From Macrostomum lignano (Eukaryota), in NCBI GenBank assembly GCA_002269645.1, contig NIVC01000082.1, positions 248,001-312,000 of the forward strand: DNA of 64,000 bases. The letters run 5' to 3'. The notes beneath the pieces were generated by a model, which was not told the origin of the DNA, made no database searches, and saw only the letters and a list, made by a program, of their open reading frames with translations. The position numbers were made by a program, and so were the translations under genes. Positions 1 through 13,500 of this stretch are shown piece after piece (position 1 is the first letter of the stretch; every line of letters begins with the position of its first letter).

Positions 1-1820
1 TTAATTTAGCTTCTAGAAATTTACAATGCACAAAAATATAAATATTGACTATGGGAGAACAAAACACTGCAGTTTAGTGAATAAAATATAGGTTTCAATA
101 CTGCCCTGGGGAATGCTTGTCTTAATAACAAAAAAATTAACCCTGCATTCGACACTTAGCTAAGTAACAATTGTTTCCAAAAACGATGCATACGGTACAT
201 AAATTTTATTACAATTTATGCGCCAGAATGATAATTGACGAGTAGCCCAGAGTGCTTGACGAAAGATTGTATTTTAAAGAGAAAAAAATTAAACCGAAAG
301 TATATTATATAATAGCCGAGACCGAGCGTAGTATTAAATTACATTAAATTTTGTAATTATAATGCAACAAATAAAAAAGTTAGAATTACATAGTTACATG
401 TATATTGAATCCATGCAAACCCATAAAAATCCACTTATACGCTTGTAATTTTACGAAACAAGCATTGTTATAAACAGTTTTTACAAGTGAATGTTTGTGC
501 AAATCAGTTGAGTTGGAGAACTAAAGTGCGTAAGGGGTGGTCTAACGTGTCTAACATTATTTTTTGTCTGCATTTAATATTTGGGCTGGTGTTTTTTTAG
601 AATAATTTGCCTAGCTATATACTCGTTCATTGTGAAACATTCTACCATAATATTTTGCGATTTGTGGTTGACTAAAGTACATCAGTGACTATTTGTATTT
701 TCATAATACCATCGATAGAGGATTAATAGTTGTCACATATTACATTGGAATTCGATAGTCCAAAACTGCAAAATTTTTAATTAGAAAAGCTATTGTTAGT
801 TTTAAAAACGTAAACTATAATTACGTTAGTTTAATTTTATGGCCACCAAACGATGAGACGAGTTAATAAACAGGGTAGTTATAATAACGACATTACAAAT
901 TTCTTTGTCCCAAATTTTTCATATTAACGGTAAAGACAGAATACACCTATAATATTCATTGATGTACAAAAAATCTGAATAAATTGTAACGCTACGCAAA
1001 AAAACAAAAAGGCTAGCAAAACACGCAGATCAGAACGACACCGCTGCTACATGAAATATCTTAAAAAATATGAATCTAAACAAACAAAAATGTTTTTTTC
1101 TGCGTCATGCCACCACCGAAAGTTATTTATTTTTATACTGAAAATTTTCTTTGGCATTTAATTATTTATTCTGTTTATCTAAATTCCGGGTTTAACCACA
1201 AGTTTGTTAAAAATCTATAAATCTACGGATTTTGAAAACGCATAAGTGAATTAATAAATATGGCTATCTAATATATTTGCCAAGTGCTACTTTAAAAAAT
1301 GTCACGCGTTTAAAAAGAATATACTGCTACAAGCAAGCTGTCAATGATGCCTGCAAATTAAAACAAAGATTGGCGTCTGGATATAACAAAATATTTTCTT
1401 TGCTCTACAAAAAACTATGTACAATTGAAAATTGATAAAAAACTAAACTATAACCAAGAAACTAACAAACTAATTTTAATAATACGTGCTATAAATATAT
1501 TGAAAACGAGCTATGTCACGCTAAATCAGTGTTTAAAATGGTTGACATCACCGCAAAACGGAGAAAAACAAAAAAAAACGCCGAACCGCGAGATTAACAA
1601 CAGTTAGAATTTAAAGACGAATAAACATTGCAAACTATTCTTCGAAAGAAATAAATATGCTATAAAATATAGCATTAATTTGCGGTTTATAAAATAAAAC
1701 GCTAACCAAGAATAATCAACGAATTTGTTAAAAAATAGGCCTTGCACATCACTAATTTGTTTTTCTATCCATTGCACGGTGTCGCTGTTCATACGCGCGC
1801 ATGTAGAAATCGTGATTAAA

Positions 1821-4800
1821 TTAGGAAATTTCCAACTGCTCGCTCTGCTCAGCCTTGGCCTTGTCCTGCTGTTCGACTTTGTCTGACTGGACAGACTGTT
1901 GATTAATCTGCTGCTCTTTCATCTGCAGAGAATCGCGACTGAACACGAATCGATTATTCACGCTATTGTTGAGACTGGCGCTCTCGCTGGCGCCTGGATT
2001 CGGCGTCACGTCGCCGGACAGCTCTTCGACAGTGGAGAGCGCGGCGCTGAAGCCCAGACTGTCGATGCTGGCGCTCAGATTCAGACCGCCGCCGCCGCTA
2101 GCAGCGGTCACGCCGGGTTGACGTGGCGGACTGGAATCCTCCTGGGTGAGCTAAAAATAGAAACAAAAGGGGGTTACGCCTTATAAAGATAATAAGATGT
2201 TCTAAAAATAGAAACACAAAATGGCAAATGATTAACATGTAAACGACCTAATTTAGAATAACTTATTAACTGGTGCCACCACACGAAGATAGATCCTAAT
2301 TATCGAGAACTTTACCACTGTAACAGATGCCAATTAACAAAGTTGATCCCATAACCCAAGTAGATAGTAACAAAAAATCTGAATCATCCATCCAACACAT
2401 CAAATTAATTCTCGGGTAGGAATTCCTTAATGGTTAATATAGGATCCCAATCTTGAACCGTGAATCCAAGATACCTATACTGTGAATTCAAGATCCCGAA
2501 ACCGTGAATCCAAAATCCCAAAACCGTGAATCCAAGACCCTAAACTGTGAATCCAATATCCCAAAGCTGTGAATCTAAGAACCTAAATGCTGAGTACAAA
2601 AAACCACGAAGTCCTCACCTGTTGCGCAGTCTGCAAGTGCCGATGCAATTTCTGCTTCAACTCTTCCAATTCCTCGGCAGACAAGCTGAGCAAATCTTTC
2701 GACTGCGAGTGCTGCTCAGCCAGAGCCGAGATGTCGCGCAGCTGGGCTCGCACAGATTCCAGCTGTCGTTGAGCATCGTCTCGCTCTTGCTGAACTCGCT
2801 GCATCGCTTCGCGCATTCGCCGAGCCTCGTCCTGCGCCCTGAGGACCTCCTGCTGGAATTGCAGTCGCTCGAGATCGACACCCGGGTTGGCGAACGGGCT
2901 GCTGCTGCTGATGAGGATGGGACTCTGCGCGAAGTTCGGGGACATCGCTGACGACTGGTCGCTGTTCATTCGGTGACGACCTGAGGCGGCCTGTGCGTTG
3001 TTTTCAAGAGTTTTCTCTACATTAGAGGCGATTTCTCTACATTTAGGGGCGATTTCTCTACATTTAGAGGCGATTTCTCTACATTTAGAGGCGATTTCTC
3101 TACATTTAGGGGCGATTTCTCTACATTAGAGGCGATTTCTGTACATTAGAGGCGATTTCTCTACATTAGTGGCGATTTCTCTACATTTAGAGCCGATTTC
3201 TCTACATTTAGAGGCGATTTCTCTACATTAGAGGCGATTTCTCTACATTAGAGGCGATTTCTCTACATTTAGAGGCGATTTCTCTACATTTAGAGGCGAT
3301 TTCTCTACATTAGAGGTGATTTCTCTACATTTAGAGGCGATTTCTCTACATTAGAGGCGATTTCTCTACATTAGAGGCGATTTCTCTACATTAGAGGCGA
3401 TTTCTCTACATTTAGAGGCGATTTCTCTACATTTAGAGGCGATTTCTCTACATTAGAGGTGATTTCTCTACATTAGAGGCGATTTCTCTACATTATAGGG
3501 CGATTTCTCCAGATATTGAGGAGTATTCATCTTTGATATCCCAGCAGCGGATTAGCCAACCTCAAACGTGCCGCCAGCTCCAGACTGAAATGGCAGCGGA
3601 CCGACAGCCGCCGATCCATGCGACGACATTGTCGACCGGAACGCAGACGGGCTGTAGGGACTGGAGGCGCCGGGGATGCCCAGCGGCCCGCTAGCGGTGG
3701 ATGTCAGAACAGTCAGCGGGCTGAAAGAGTCGCTGCTCTGCGAACAGGCGGTCCCGACGCCGTCGGGCTGCGACAAAAAGTCGAGCTCGTCCAGATCTGG
3801 CGGCAGGTTCGACATTCCGCCGCTGGAGGCGGACGCGTAGGTTGCGGCGGCGGCGGCTGCTGCGGCGGCTGCTGCAGCGGCGGCGGCGGAGGCCGTAGCA
3901 ACCGCGGAGTTTCGACCCGACGAAGTCGACGTCGACGTCGAGAATCTGGCGTGATAGGCGGGGCTGTCAACGCGGTGCAGGCTGCCGAGGCCTGACTCGG
4001 CTGACGCGACACTGGCACCGCTGTACGTGCGGCCTGGTTTGGTTGAGAGGGCGGCGGTTGGCTGTTTTACATGGCAAAGCTGATCAGGGAACTGTAAGCA
4101 CTATTATCACACCAAGAATCGTTAATCCCATACTTTAAATCCTTAATACCATGCTATAAATCACTTATCCCATGCCTAGAATCGCTAATCCAATACCTCC
4201 AATCGCTAATCCCATACCTCCAATCGCTAATCCCATACCTCGAATCGCTAATCCCATACCTCCAATCGCTAATCCCATACCTCGAATCGCTAATCCCATA
4301 CCTCGAATCGCTAATCCCATACCTCGAATCGCTAATCCCATACCTCGAATCGCTAATCTCATACCTCAAATTGCTAATCCCACACCTTGAATTGCTTATC
4401 CCATACCTCCAATCGCTAATCCAATACCTCCAATCGCTAATCCCATACCTCGAATCGCTAATCCCATACCTCGAATCGCTAATCCCATACCTCGAATCGC
4501 TAATCCAATACCTCGAATCGCTAATCCCATACCTAGAATCGCTAATCCCATACCTAGAATTGCTAATCTCATACCTAGAATTGCTAATCCTATACCTAGA
4601 ATCGTTAATCCCATACCTCCAATCGCTAATCCCATTAGAATCGCTAATCCCATACCAACCAGCAACATTTCAAAAACAGTCACCTTTGTTGCCAACAACC
4701 GCGGCAGCGGCTGCTGCGGCTGCGCTAACAGGTGAATGATGAAGCTGATGCAGGTGTTGCTGTCGGCCAGTTGCGAGGCCGGCTCCTGGAGGACTCGGGG

Positions 4801-7168
4801 CTCCGCCGCTGCCGCCAAAGTCCCAACCGGTGCCAATCAGGCGAGACAGAGTCAGCGGTGACAGGCCGCTGAGCTGGGCAGGCAGCTGGTCTCCAGCTGA
4901 GTGCAGCTCCTGCATCTCCTGGATGAAATTTCGTCCAAAGTTCATCTCGGATTCCTCGTGAGCGAAGGCGCAGAACGGGCCGCGAGGGCAGTAGCTCTGC
5001 TGTACCACATCGTTGCACTTGGTAGACTTGTAGATCTGTGGCAATTTTGTACAAGACAGGTTTATATAGTTATGCCCAAATTCGTGTTATTAAACTGCTC
5101 TGCCCATTATTGTTGCTTATTGTTTTCTGTTGTTGATGTTGTTTGCTGTTGTTTTGCCTTTTTATTTTTGCTGTTAGCTGTTTTTGTTTATAATTTTATT
5201 GTTGATTTTTGCTGCTGCAATTGTTGCCGCCTTGTTTTAGAGCATTTTTATGGTATCCTAAGCTTTTTCTTATTAATAAAACAACGTGGTAGTTTGCTCG
5301 GAATACTAAAATAAAAAATATCAACAATAAAACTATTATATAAATTAATAATTTTGAGAATATCAAATATAAACAGACGAATGCACGAGCGTATACTACT
5401 CACATACTACTTACTAACTGGTCATTGAAATTATTCTAGCGCAAACTAAAAACTAAATTGCAAAAAAAGACCTGGCTTATAGTGTAAAACCTGTGTTAGC
5501 GCACACGTGCACTGAATGGGAGTGTGCAGGACTGAGGCAGCAGGGTAGGTAGGGAAGAGAAGGAGAAGGGGGAGAAATGAGGCCCCGCTTCAGTTCATAC
5601 AGGAGTCGGTACATACAAAACCGCACTGAAAAAGTACTTTTGAACTGTAGAGCAGAACTGGCTTAAAGCACTGATGGGCGGCTGCACGGGGAGCTGGGAC
5701 TGTTGACTATCTAGAAGAGATGGAGAAGAAGGCACGTGACAAGCCATAGCAATGGCAATGATGGGAGCAACAAGGGGGATTATTGTGGTAAGCGAGTACG
5801 ATGGGAAGAAAAGAACAATGAGGAAATGGGTAGACAAGGGGCCTGCTTGTGAATGAGTGAATTTGTGAGAGCAGTGAATTAACTAAAAAGGAGTGGATTG
5901 GGTGAATAGAGGAATTAGTTAATGGGTGAATGCAGGAATTAGTTAATGGGTGAATGCAGGAATTAGTTAATGGGTGAATGCAGGAATTAGTGAATGGGTG
6001 AATGCAGGAATTAGTGAATGGGTGAATGCAGGAACTAGTGAATGGGTCAATGCAGGAATTAGTGAATGGGTCAATGCAGGAACTAGTGAATGGGTGAATG
6101 CAGGAATTAGTGAATGGGTCAATGCAGGAATTAGTGAATGGGTGAATGCAGGAACTAGTGAATGGGTGAATGCAGGAATTAGTGAATGGGTCAATGCAGG
6201 AATTAGTGAATGGGTGAATGCAGGAACTAGTGAATGGGTGAATGCAGGAATTAGTGATTGGGGTGAATGAAGGAGGACTTAGTGAATGAGTGAGTTAGGT
6301 AACCAGAATAATCTAAAAGACAACTAAATATAATAGAACAGCCAAATGCACACTTAAAGGGGCTATATAACACACAAGCATACAGGTTAATTACACACAA
6401 TTTTCATCGCCAGACAAACGCAATTAATAAATTTACTATTCAGCATAGCAACCAGTATTATTATTAGCTATTGGCAAGGCGTGAGTTCTAAATTTGGCAA
6501 CAGATATATTAAAGACTTGCATGTCTTTGCGCGATAAGAACTGAGAAACATTGAGACATTGACAGAAAGAGAAATTAAAATTAAAAATAGCCGTGCTCGG
6601 CTAATATAGAGGCGGTTACGTAGGGAGGGTGAGACTGACGAGGACTGCTCAAACCCGACTCAACAGCTCTCATAGCATATATGCCTATATATACGATCTA
6701 AGGAAAGCAAATGAAACATAAGAGCATAAACTCCAGACCAATTTTGAGATGCCAATTGTTGCAATTGTTAGTTAAGCAACGCCCTGTGAACATTTTATTG
6801 CTCGAGTGTTGAGTCTACGCGGTGATTGAGTTTAGCGTACGGACTGGACTTTTATAGCTAACTAACTAACTGACTGAATAACTAAATAACTAACTGACTA
6901 AATAACTAACTGACTAACTAACTAACTGACTGAATAACTAAATAACTAACTGACTAAATAACTAACTGACTAACTAACTAACTGACTGAATAACTAACTA
7001 ACTGACTGAATAACTAACTAACTAACAAACTAACTAACTAACTGACTAACTGACTGAATAACTAACTAACTAACTGACTGACTAACTGACTAACTAACTA
7101 ACTAACTAACTAACAAACTAACTAACTAACTGACTAACTGACTGAATAACTAACTAACTAACTGACTG

Positions 7169-7223
<55 letters not shown>

Positions 7224-7516
7224 GACTGACTAACTAACTGACTGACTAATTGACTAACTAACTGACTAACTAACTAAATAACTAACTAACTGACTAAATA
7301 ACTAACTGACTAACTAACTAAATAACTAACTGACTAACTAACTAACTAACTGACTAACTAACTAAATAACTAACTGACTAACTGACTAAATAACTAACTG
7401 ACTAACTAACTAACTAACTAACTGACTGACTAACTGACTAACTAACTAACTAACTAACTAACAAACTAACTAACTAACTGACTAACTGACTGAATAACTA
7501 ACTAACTAACTGACTG

Positions 7517-7571
<55 letters not shown>

Positions 7572-10500
7572 GACTAACTAACTAACTGACTGACTAATTG
7601 ACTAACTAACTGACTAACTAACTAAATAACTAACTGACTAACTGACTGAATAACTAACTAACTGACTGACTAACTAACTGACTGACTAACTAACTAACTG
7701 ACTAACTAAATAACTGACTAACTAAATAACTAACTGACTAACTAACTAACTGACTAACTAAATAACTGGCTAACTAAATAACTAACTGACTAACTAAATA
7801 ACTAACTGACTAACTAAATAACTAACTAACAAGCAAACTAAGAAACAAACTAACAAGCAAACAAACTATCTAACTAACAATCTAAGAAACTAATAAAGAA
7901 ATTCAATAGGTAGCTAATTATCGAATGTTGCAAGAGAATAAAAATAAACGTTACTAACTGATTAAAATATCAAATAAAGCTGTCACGTTAAAACAGTTTA
8001 AATAAAGCCATGACGAATATCCAGCACTCTGAGTGAGGTGGTTTTGCACAAAAACATTGCAGCCTAAATATAGCACCTGATACATTTAAACGTGTACAAC
8101 TGCAGATTTCTAACCAAAAAGAACTTGGAAAACGAAATTCCATCAGAACCACTGTTAGTTCAGAGGATTAAAAAACTAGATGGAAAAGTTAAAAACAGAC
8201 AATAAAAAGCAGCGCTCACCTCCGGGTGGAACTGCTGCTCTGTGCGGGTGTGGCAGTACTGGCAGTCATCTGACTGCTCGCACAGGCTGCTGTCTAGCCA
8301 CTCGTCCGAGCTCTTCACTGCTGGACAGGGAGTTGACCTGCGGTGGGGTGGAGAGCGAGCCATCTTAGTAGACATCTTATCTGATGCTTTGAAGGTCTTA
8401 ATGTCAGCAACTGAGGATCTGGGAGGCTGGCCCAGCAACTGACACTCTGGGAGGCTGGCCCAGCAACTGGGGATCTGGGAGGCTGGCCCAGCAACTGGGG
8501 ATCTGGGAGGCTGGCCCAGAAACTGACACTCTGGGAGGCTGGCCCAGCAACTGGGGATCTGGGAGGCTGGCCCAGCAACTGGGGATCTGGGAGGCTGGCC
8601 CAGAAACTGACACTCTGGGAGGCTGGCCCAGCAACTGAGGATCCAGGAGGCTGGCCCAGCAACTGAGGATCTGGGAGGCTGGCCCAGCAACTGGGGACCT
8701 GAGAGGCTGGCCCAGCAACTGGGGATCTGGGAGGCTGGCCCAGAAACTGACACTCTGGGAGGCTGGCCCAGCAACTGAGGATCCAGGAGGCTGGCCCAGC
8801 AACTGAGGATCTGGGAGGCTGGCCCAGCAACTGGGGACCTGAGAGGCTGGCCCAGCAACTGGGGATCTGACATGCTGGCCCAGCAACTGAAGATCTGGGA
8901 AGCTAGCCCAGCAACTGGGGATCTGACATGCTGGCCCAGCAACTGAGGATTTAAGAGGCTGGCCCAGCAACTGGGGACCTGGGAGGCTGGCCCAGCAACT
9001 GAGGATCTGGGAGGCTGGCCCAGCAACTGATGATCTGGGAGGCTGGCCCAGCAACTGAGGATCTGGGAGGCTGGCCCAGCAACTTGGGATCTGGGAGGCT
9101 GGCAAAGCAACTGAGGATCTGGGAGGCTGGCCCAGCAACTGAGGATCTGGGAAGCTAGCGGGTTGCCAAGCAACTGGTACAATATTTGAAGAATTATTTT
9201 TGCAAAAGATCTGATGCTGCTATGGGCAATAAAGAATTTTATAAAGTACGCTTGTACTTGCAAGAACGGATTTTAAACGAATTTTCTACCCACAAGAGCA
9301 TTGCTAGGAGCAGTGTGCGATAAGAACTTGGCAAGAATACTAAACCTTGCAATTGGCCTTCATATCCGGCATGCCACTAAGTCACGATCCGACCCACAAG
9401 CCCAAATTTACTTAGCTAACTCGTAAAGTCCCTGCTATCGAGTGTTGCGATAAAAAGTCAAGAGAAAAATGTCCATTGAGTGGGCGTTTAAATTTATTTA
9501 TGATTAATGCAAGGTATGCATGACAGCAGTGCTAAGTTAGCAAAGTGTAGCGATTAAAATCATTCTGACTATATAAGCCAGTGTGCAGACTCAGTGGAAA
9601 TTTGAAACCCTATATGGAGCCGTCAGTAAGACAGATAGATCGATTTGAAATTGATTGGCGTGGGCGGGTAGTGAGAGAGTGCAGTTTCGAGTGTACGCAG
9701 GCAGTCAACATGGGATTAACTGCGGGTTAAAATATTAATCTGAAAGAAAAATATACGCCTAGTTACAAACATAAAGTATATCTTTTAATCCCAACTTCAT
9801 AATCGCTAAGTTTATCAACTTTCAAAAATTGTACATGTAGAATAATTTATGACAACAGGATAATAATGCATGCGATTACACTAAATTCAGAACAGTATGA
9901 AATATTCATAGTCCTTAAATTGTTTGTTCGATCCCACAACTGTACAATCCTACACTTGTACAACCCTAAACCTGTACAACCCTACATCTGACCCCCCTAC
10001 ACCTGTACAAACCTAAACATGTACAACCCTACACCTGTACAACCCAGCACCTGTACAACCCTACACCTGTACAACTCTACATCCGTACAACTCTAAACCT
10101 GTACAAGCCTAAATCTGTACACCTGTACAACCCTACATCTGTACCACCCTAAATCTGTACAACCCTACACCTTTATAATCCCACATCTGTACAACCCTAC
10201 ACCTTTATAACCCCACACCTGTACAACCCTACACCTTTATAACCCCACACCTGTACAACCCTACACCTTTATAACCCCACACCTGTACAACCCTACACCT
10301 TTATAACCCCACATCTGTACAACCCTACACCTTTATAAACCCACATCTGTACAAACCTACACCTTTATAACCCCACACCTGTACAACCCTACACCTTTAT
10401 AACCCCACACCTGTACAACCCTACACCTTTATAACCCCACACCTGTACAACCCTACACCTTTATAACCCCACATCTGTACAAACCTACACCTTTATAACC

Positions 10501-13500
10501 CCACACCTGTACAATCAAGCACGGATTAAGTACAGAAAAATTCTCACCTATACTTATAAAACTGCGGTCCTCGTCGTTTATCCTTGGCGTTGTGAAAAAA
10601 CGGGCAAGCGTAGCCTTGACGACACATCCTGGGCGGCTTGCGGCACTGCTCAGTCTTGTAGTTGGCCAACACATAGCTCATTTCGTTCCATTTGGGGTCC
10701 TCCGACAGGACTCGCTCTTTCTCCAGGCTAGCTGGCAAGTTCACTGGACAGTCGGCGGCCTCCTGCACTTCGCGGATATCGTAGACTGGCACCCTCAAGT
10801 CTTGGGCGCCGTGAGCGAATGCGCAATGAGATCCGTTTCGGGTGCACTGGCCTCTGGCGTCCGTGTCGTGGATGCACGTGCCAGTTTTGAAATAGCGAAG
10901 ATGATATCTATAAAAAGGTTGATGAGGCGTTTATTTGTGTTAAGAAATGCTCTTTTTGGAATGTTTTTCACAGGTAAGAATTAAATAATACGGTAGGAGA
11001 GTAGAGGCGAAACTGGATGGAAAATAAATAAAAAAGGATTAAAAGGGTGGAATGATTAAGAAGGAAGATATAGATATATAAAGATAGAAGTGGAAGATGG
11101 ATGATTAGAAGTTGGATAGAGAATGAGAAAGATGGGTAGAGGGGGAGAGGGAAGGAGAGGGACAGAGGGAAGGAGAGAGAGAGAGAGGGAAGGAGAGGGA
11201 GACAGGGAAGGAGAGAGAGAGAGGAAAGGAGAGGGAGAGAGGGAAGGAGAGGGAGAGGGAAGGAGAGGGAGAGAGGGAAGGAGAGGGAGAGAGGGAAGGA
11301 GAGGGAGAGAGGGAAGGAGAGGGAGAGAGGGAAGGAGGGAGAGAGGGAAGGAGAGGGAGAGAGAGAAGGAGAGGGAGGGAGAGGGAGAGAGAGAAGGAGA
11401 GGGAGAGAGGGAAGGAGAGGGAGAGAGGGAAGGAGAGGGAGAGAGGGAAGGAGAGGGAGAGAGGGAAGGAGAGGGAGAGAGGGAAGGAGAGGGAGAGAGG
11501 GAAGGAGAGGGAGACAGGGAAGGAGAGAGAGAGAGGAAAGGAGAGGGAGAGAGGGAAGGAGAGGGAGAGGGAAGGAGAGGGAGAGAGGGAAGGAGAGGGA
11601 GAGAGGGAAGGAGAGGGAGAGAGGGAAGGAGAGGGAGAGAGGGAAGGAGAGGGAGAGAGGAAAGGAGAGGGAGAGAGGGAAGGAGATAGAGGGAAGGAGA
11701 GGGAGGGAGAGGGAGAGAGAGAAGGAGAGGGAGAGAGGGAAGGAGAGGGAGAGAGGGAAGGAGAGGGAGAGAGGGAAGGAGAGAGAGAGAGAGGGAAGGA
11801 GAGGGAGAGAGGGAAAGAGAGGGAGAGAGGGAAGGAGAGGGAGAGGGAAGGAGAGGGAGAGAAGGAAGAAGGAGAGAGGGAAGAAGGAGAGAGGGAAGGA
11901 GAGGGAGAGAGGGAAGGAGAGGGAGAGAGGGAAGGAGAGGGAGAGAGGGAAGGAGAGGGAGAGAGGGAAGGAGAGGGAGAGAGGGAAGGAGAGGGAGAGA
12001 GGGAAGGAGAGGGAGAGGGAAGGAGAGGGAGAGAGGGAAGGAGAGGGAAAGAGGGAAGGAGAGGGAGAGAGGGAAGGAGAGGGAGAGAGGGAAGGAGAGG
12101 GAGAGAGGGAAGGAGAGGGAGAGAGGGAAGGAGAGGGAGAGAGGGAAGGAGAGGGAGAGAGGGAAGGAGAGGGAGAGAGGGAAGGAGAGGGAGAGAGGGA
12201 AGGAGAGGGAGAGAGGGAAGGAGAGGGAAGGAGAGGGAGAGAGGGAAGGAGAGGGAGACAGGGAAGGAGAGGGAGAGAGGAAAGGAGAGGGAGAGAGGGA
12301 AGGAGAGGGAGAGGGAAGGAGAGGGAGAGAGGGAGTGAGAGGGAGAGAGGGAAGGAGAGGGAGAGAGGGAAGGAGAGGGAGAGAGGGAAGGAGAGGGAGA
12401 GAGGAAAGGAGAGGGAAAGAGGGAAGGAGATAGAGGGAAGGAGAGGGAGGGAGAGGGAGAGAGAGAAGGAGAGGGAGAGAGGGAAGGAGAGGGAGAGAGG
12501 GAAGGAGAGGGAGAGAGGGAAGGAGAGAGAGAGAGGGAAGGAGAGGGAGAGAGGGAAAGAGAGGGAGAGAGGGAAGGAGAGGGAGAGGGAAGGAGAGGGA
12601 GAGAAGGAAGAAGGAGAGAGGGAAGAAGGAGAGAGGGAAGGAGAGGGAGAGAGGGAAGGAGAGGGAGAGAGGGAAGGAGAGGGAGAGAGGGAAGGAGAGG
12701 GAGAGAGGGAAGGAGAGGGAGAGAGGGAAGGAGAGGGAGAGAGGGAAGGAGAGGGAGAGAGGGAAGGAGAGGGAGAGAGGGAAGGAGAGGGAGAGAGGGA
12801 AGGAGAGGGAGAGAGGGAAGGAGAGGGAGAGAGGGAAGGAGAGAGAGGGACGGAGAGAGAGAGAGGGAGTGAGAGGGGGGGAGAGAGAGGAAGGAGAGAG
12901 GGAGAGGGAGAGAGGAAAGGAGAAGGAGGGAGAGGGAGGGAGAGCAAGAGAGGGAGTAAAAGAGAGGGAGGGAGGGGGAGAGAGAGACAGAGAGAGTGAA
13001 GAGCAAAGTGAGATGGGGTGAGTGAGACAGTGGGTAGCAGGTGAGAAGGGCGAGAGGATGAAGAGCAAAAGAATGGAGAGGCAGACAGCAACACCATAAA
13101 CAGATGAGATTGCAAAACAAAAGGCCGGCGATCACTTAGACAGAAGAGAAGAGAAATTAGCAGACTGCAGGATCAAAGTACAGCTTGGAGACTGACGAAA
13201 CTTTAGGTTGATCGGCCAGTCAGGAGAGGGTTAGACCGACGTACCTTCGCTCAGTGTCGCCGGCATTGCGGTGCAGATAAGGGCAGGCATCGCCATTCGG
13301 ACAGTCGCCTCGAGTCTCGTCATACTTGTCGCAGTAGACATCGGGAGAGTAGGAAAATGTGCCATCGGATTTGCGAATTGGCCGCCGTCTGCGCTGATTA
13401 GGGAAGTGCCAGTGAAAGCAGGTGAATGGCTTATGCTGGGTGCACTTGTGATTGGCGAATAGTGGGCACTGCTGAGTGCGGAAATCTCGCAGGTAACTGT

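Noticed and set aside
8160-9263. 367-aa ORF with WASLPDPQLLGQPPR repeats
   Set aside because: 28-bp array; only 8337-8220 is a real unk exon.
10968-13135. 670-715 aa Ser/Leu/Pro-rich ORFs
   Set aside because: Translations of the GA-rich 18-mer array in unk intron 2; open in all three frames because the unit lacks stops.
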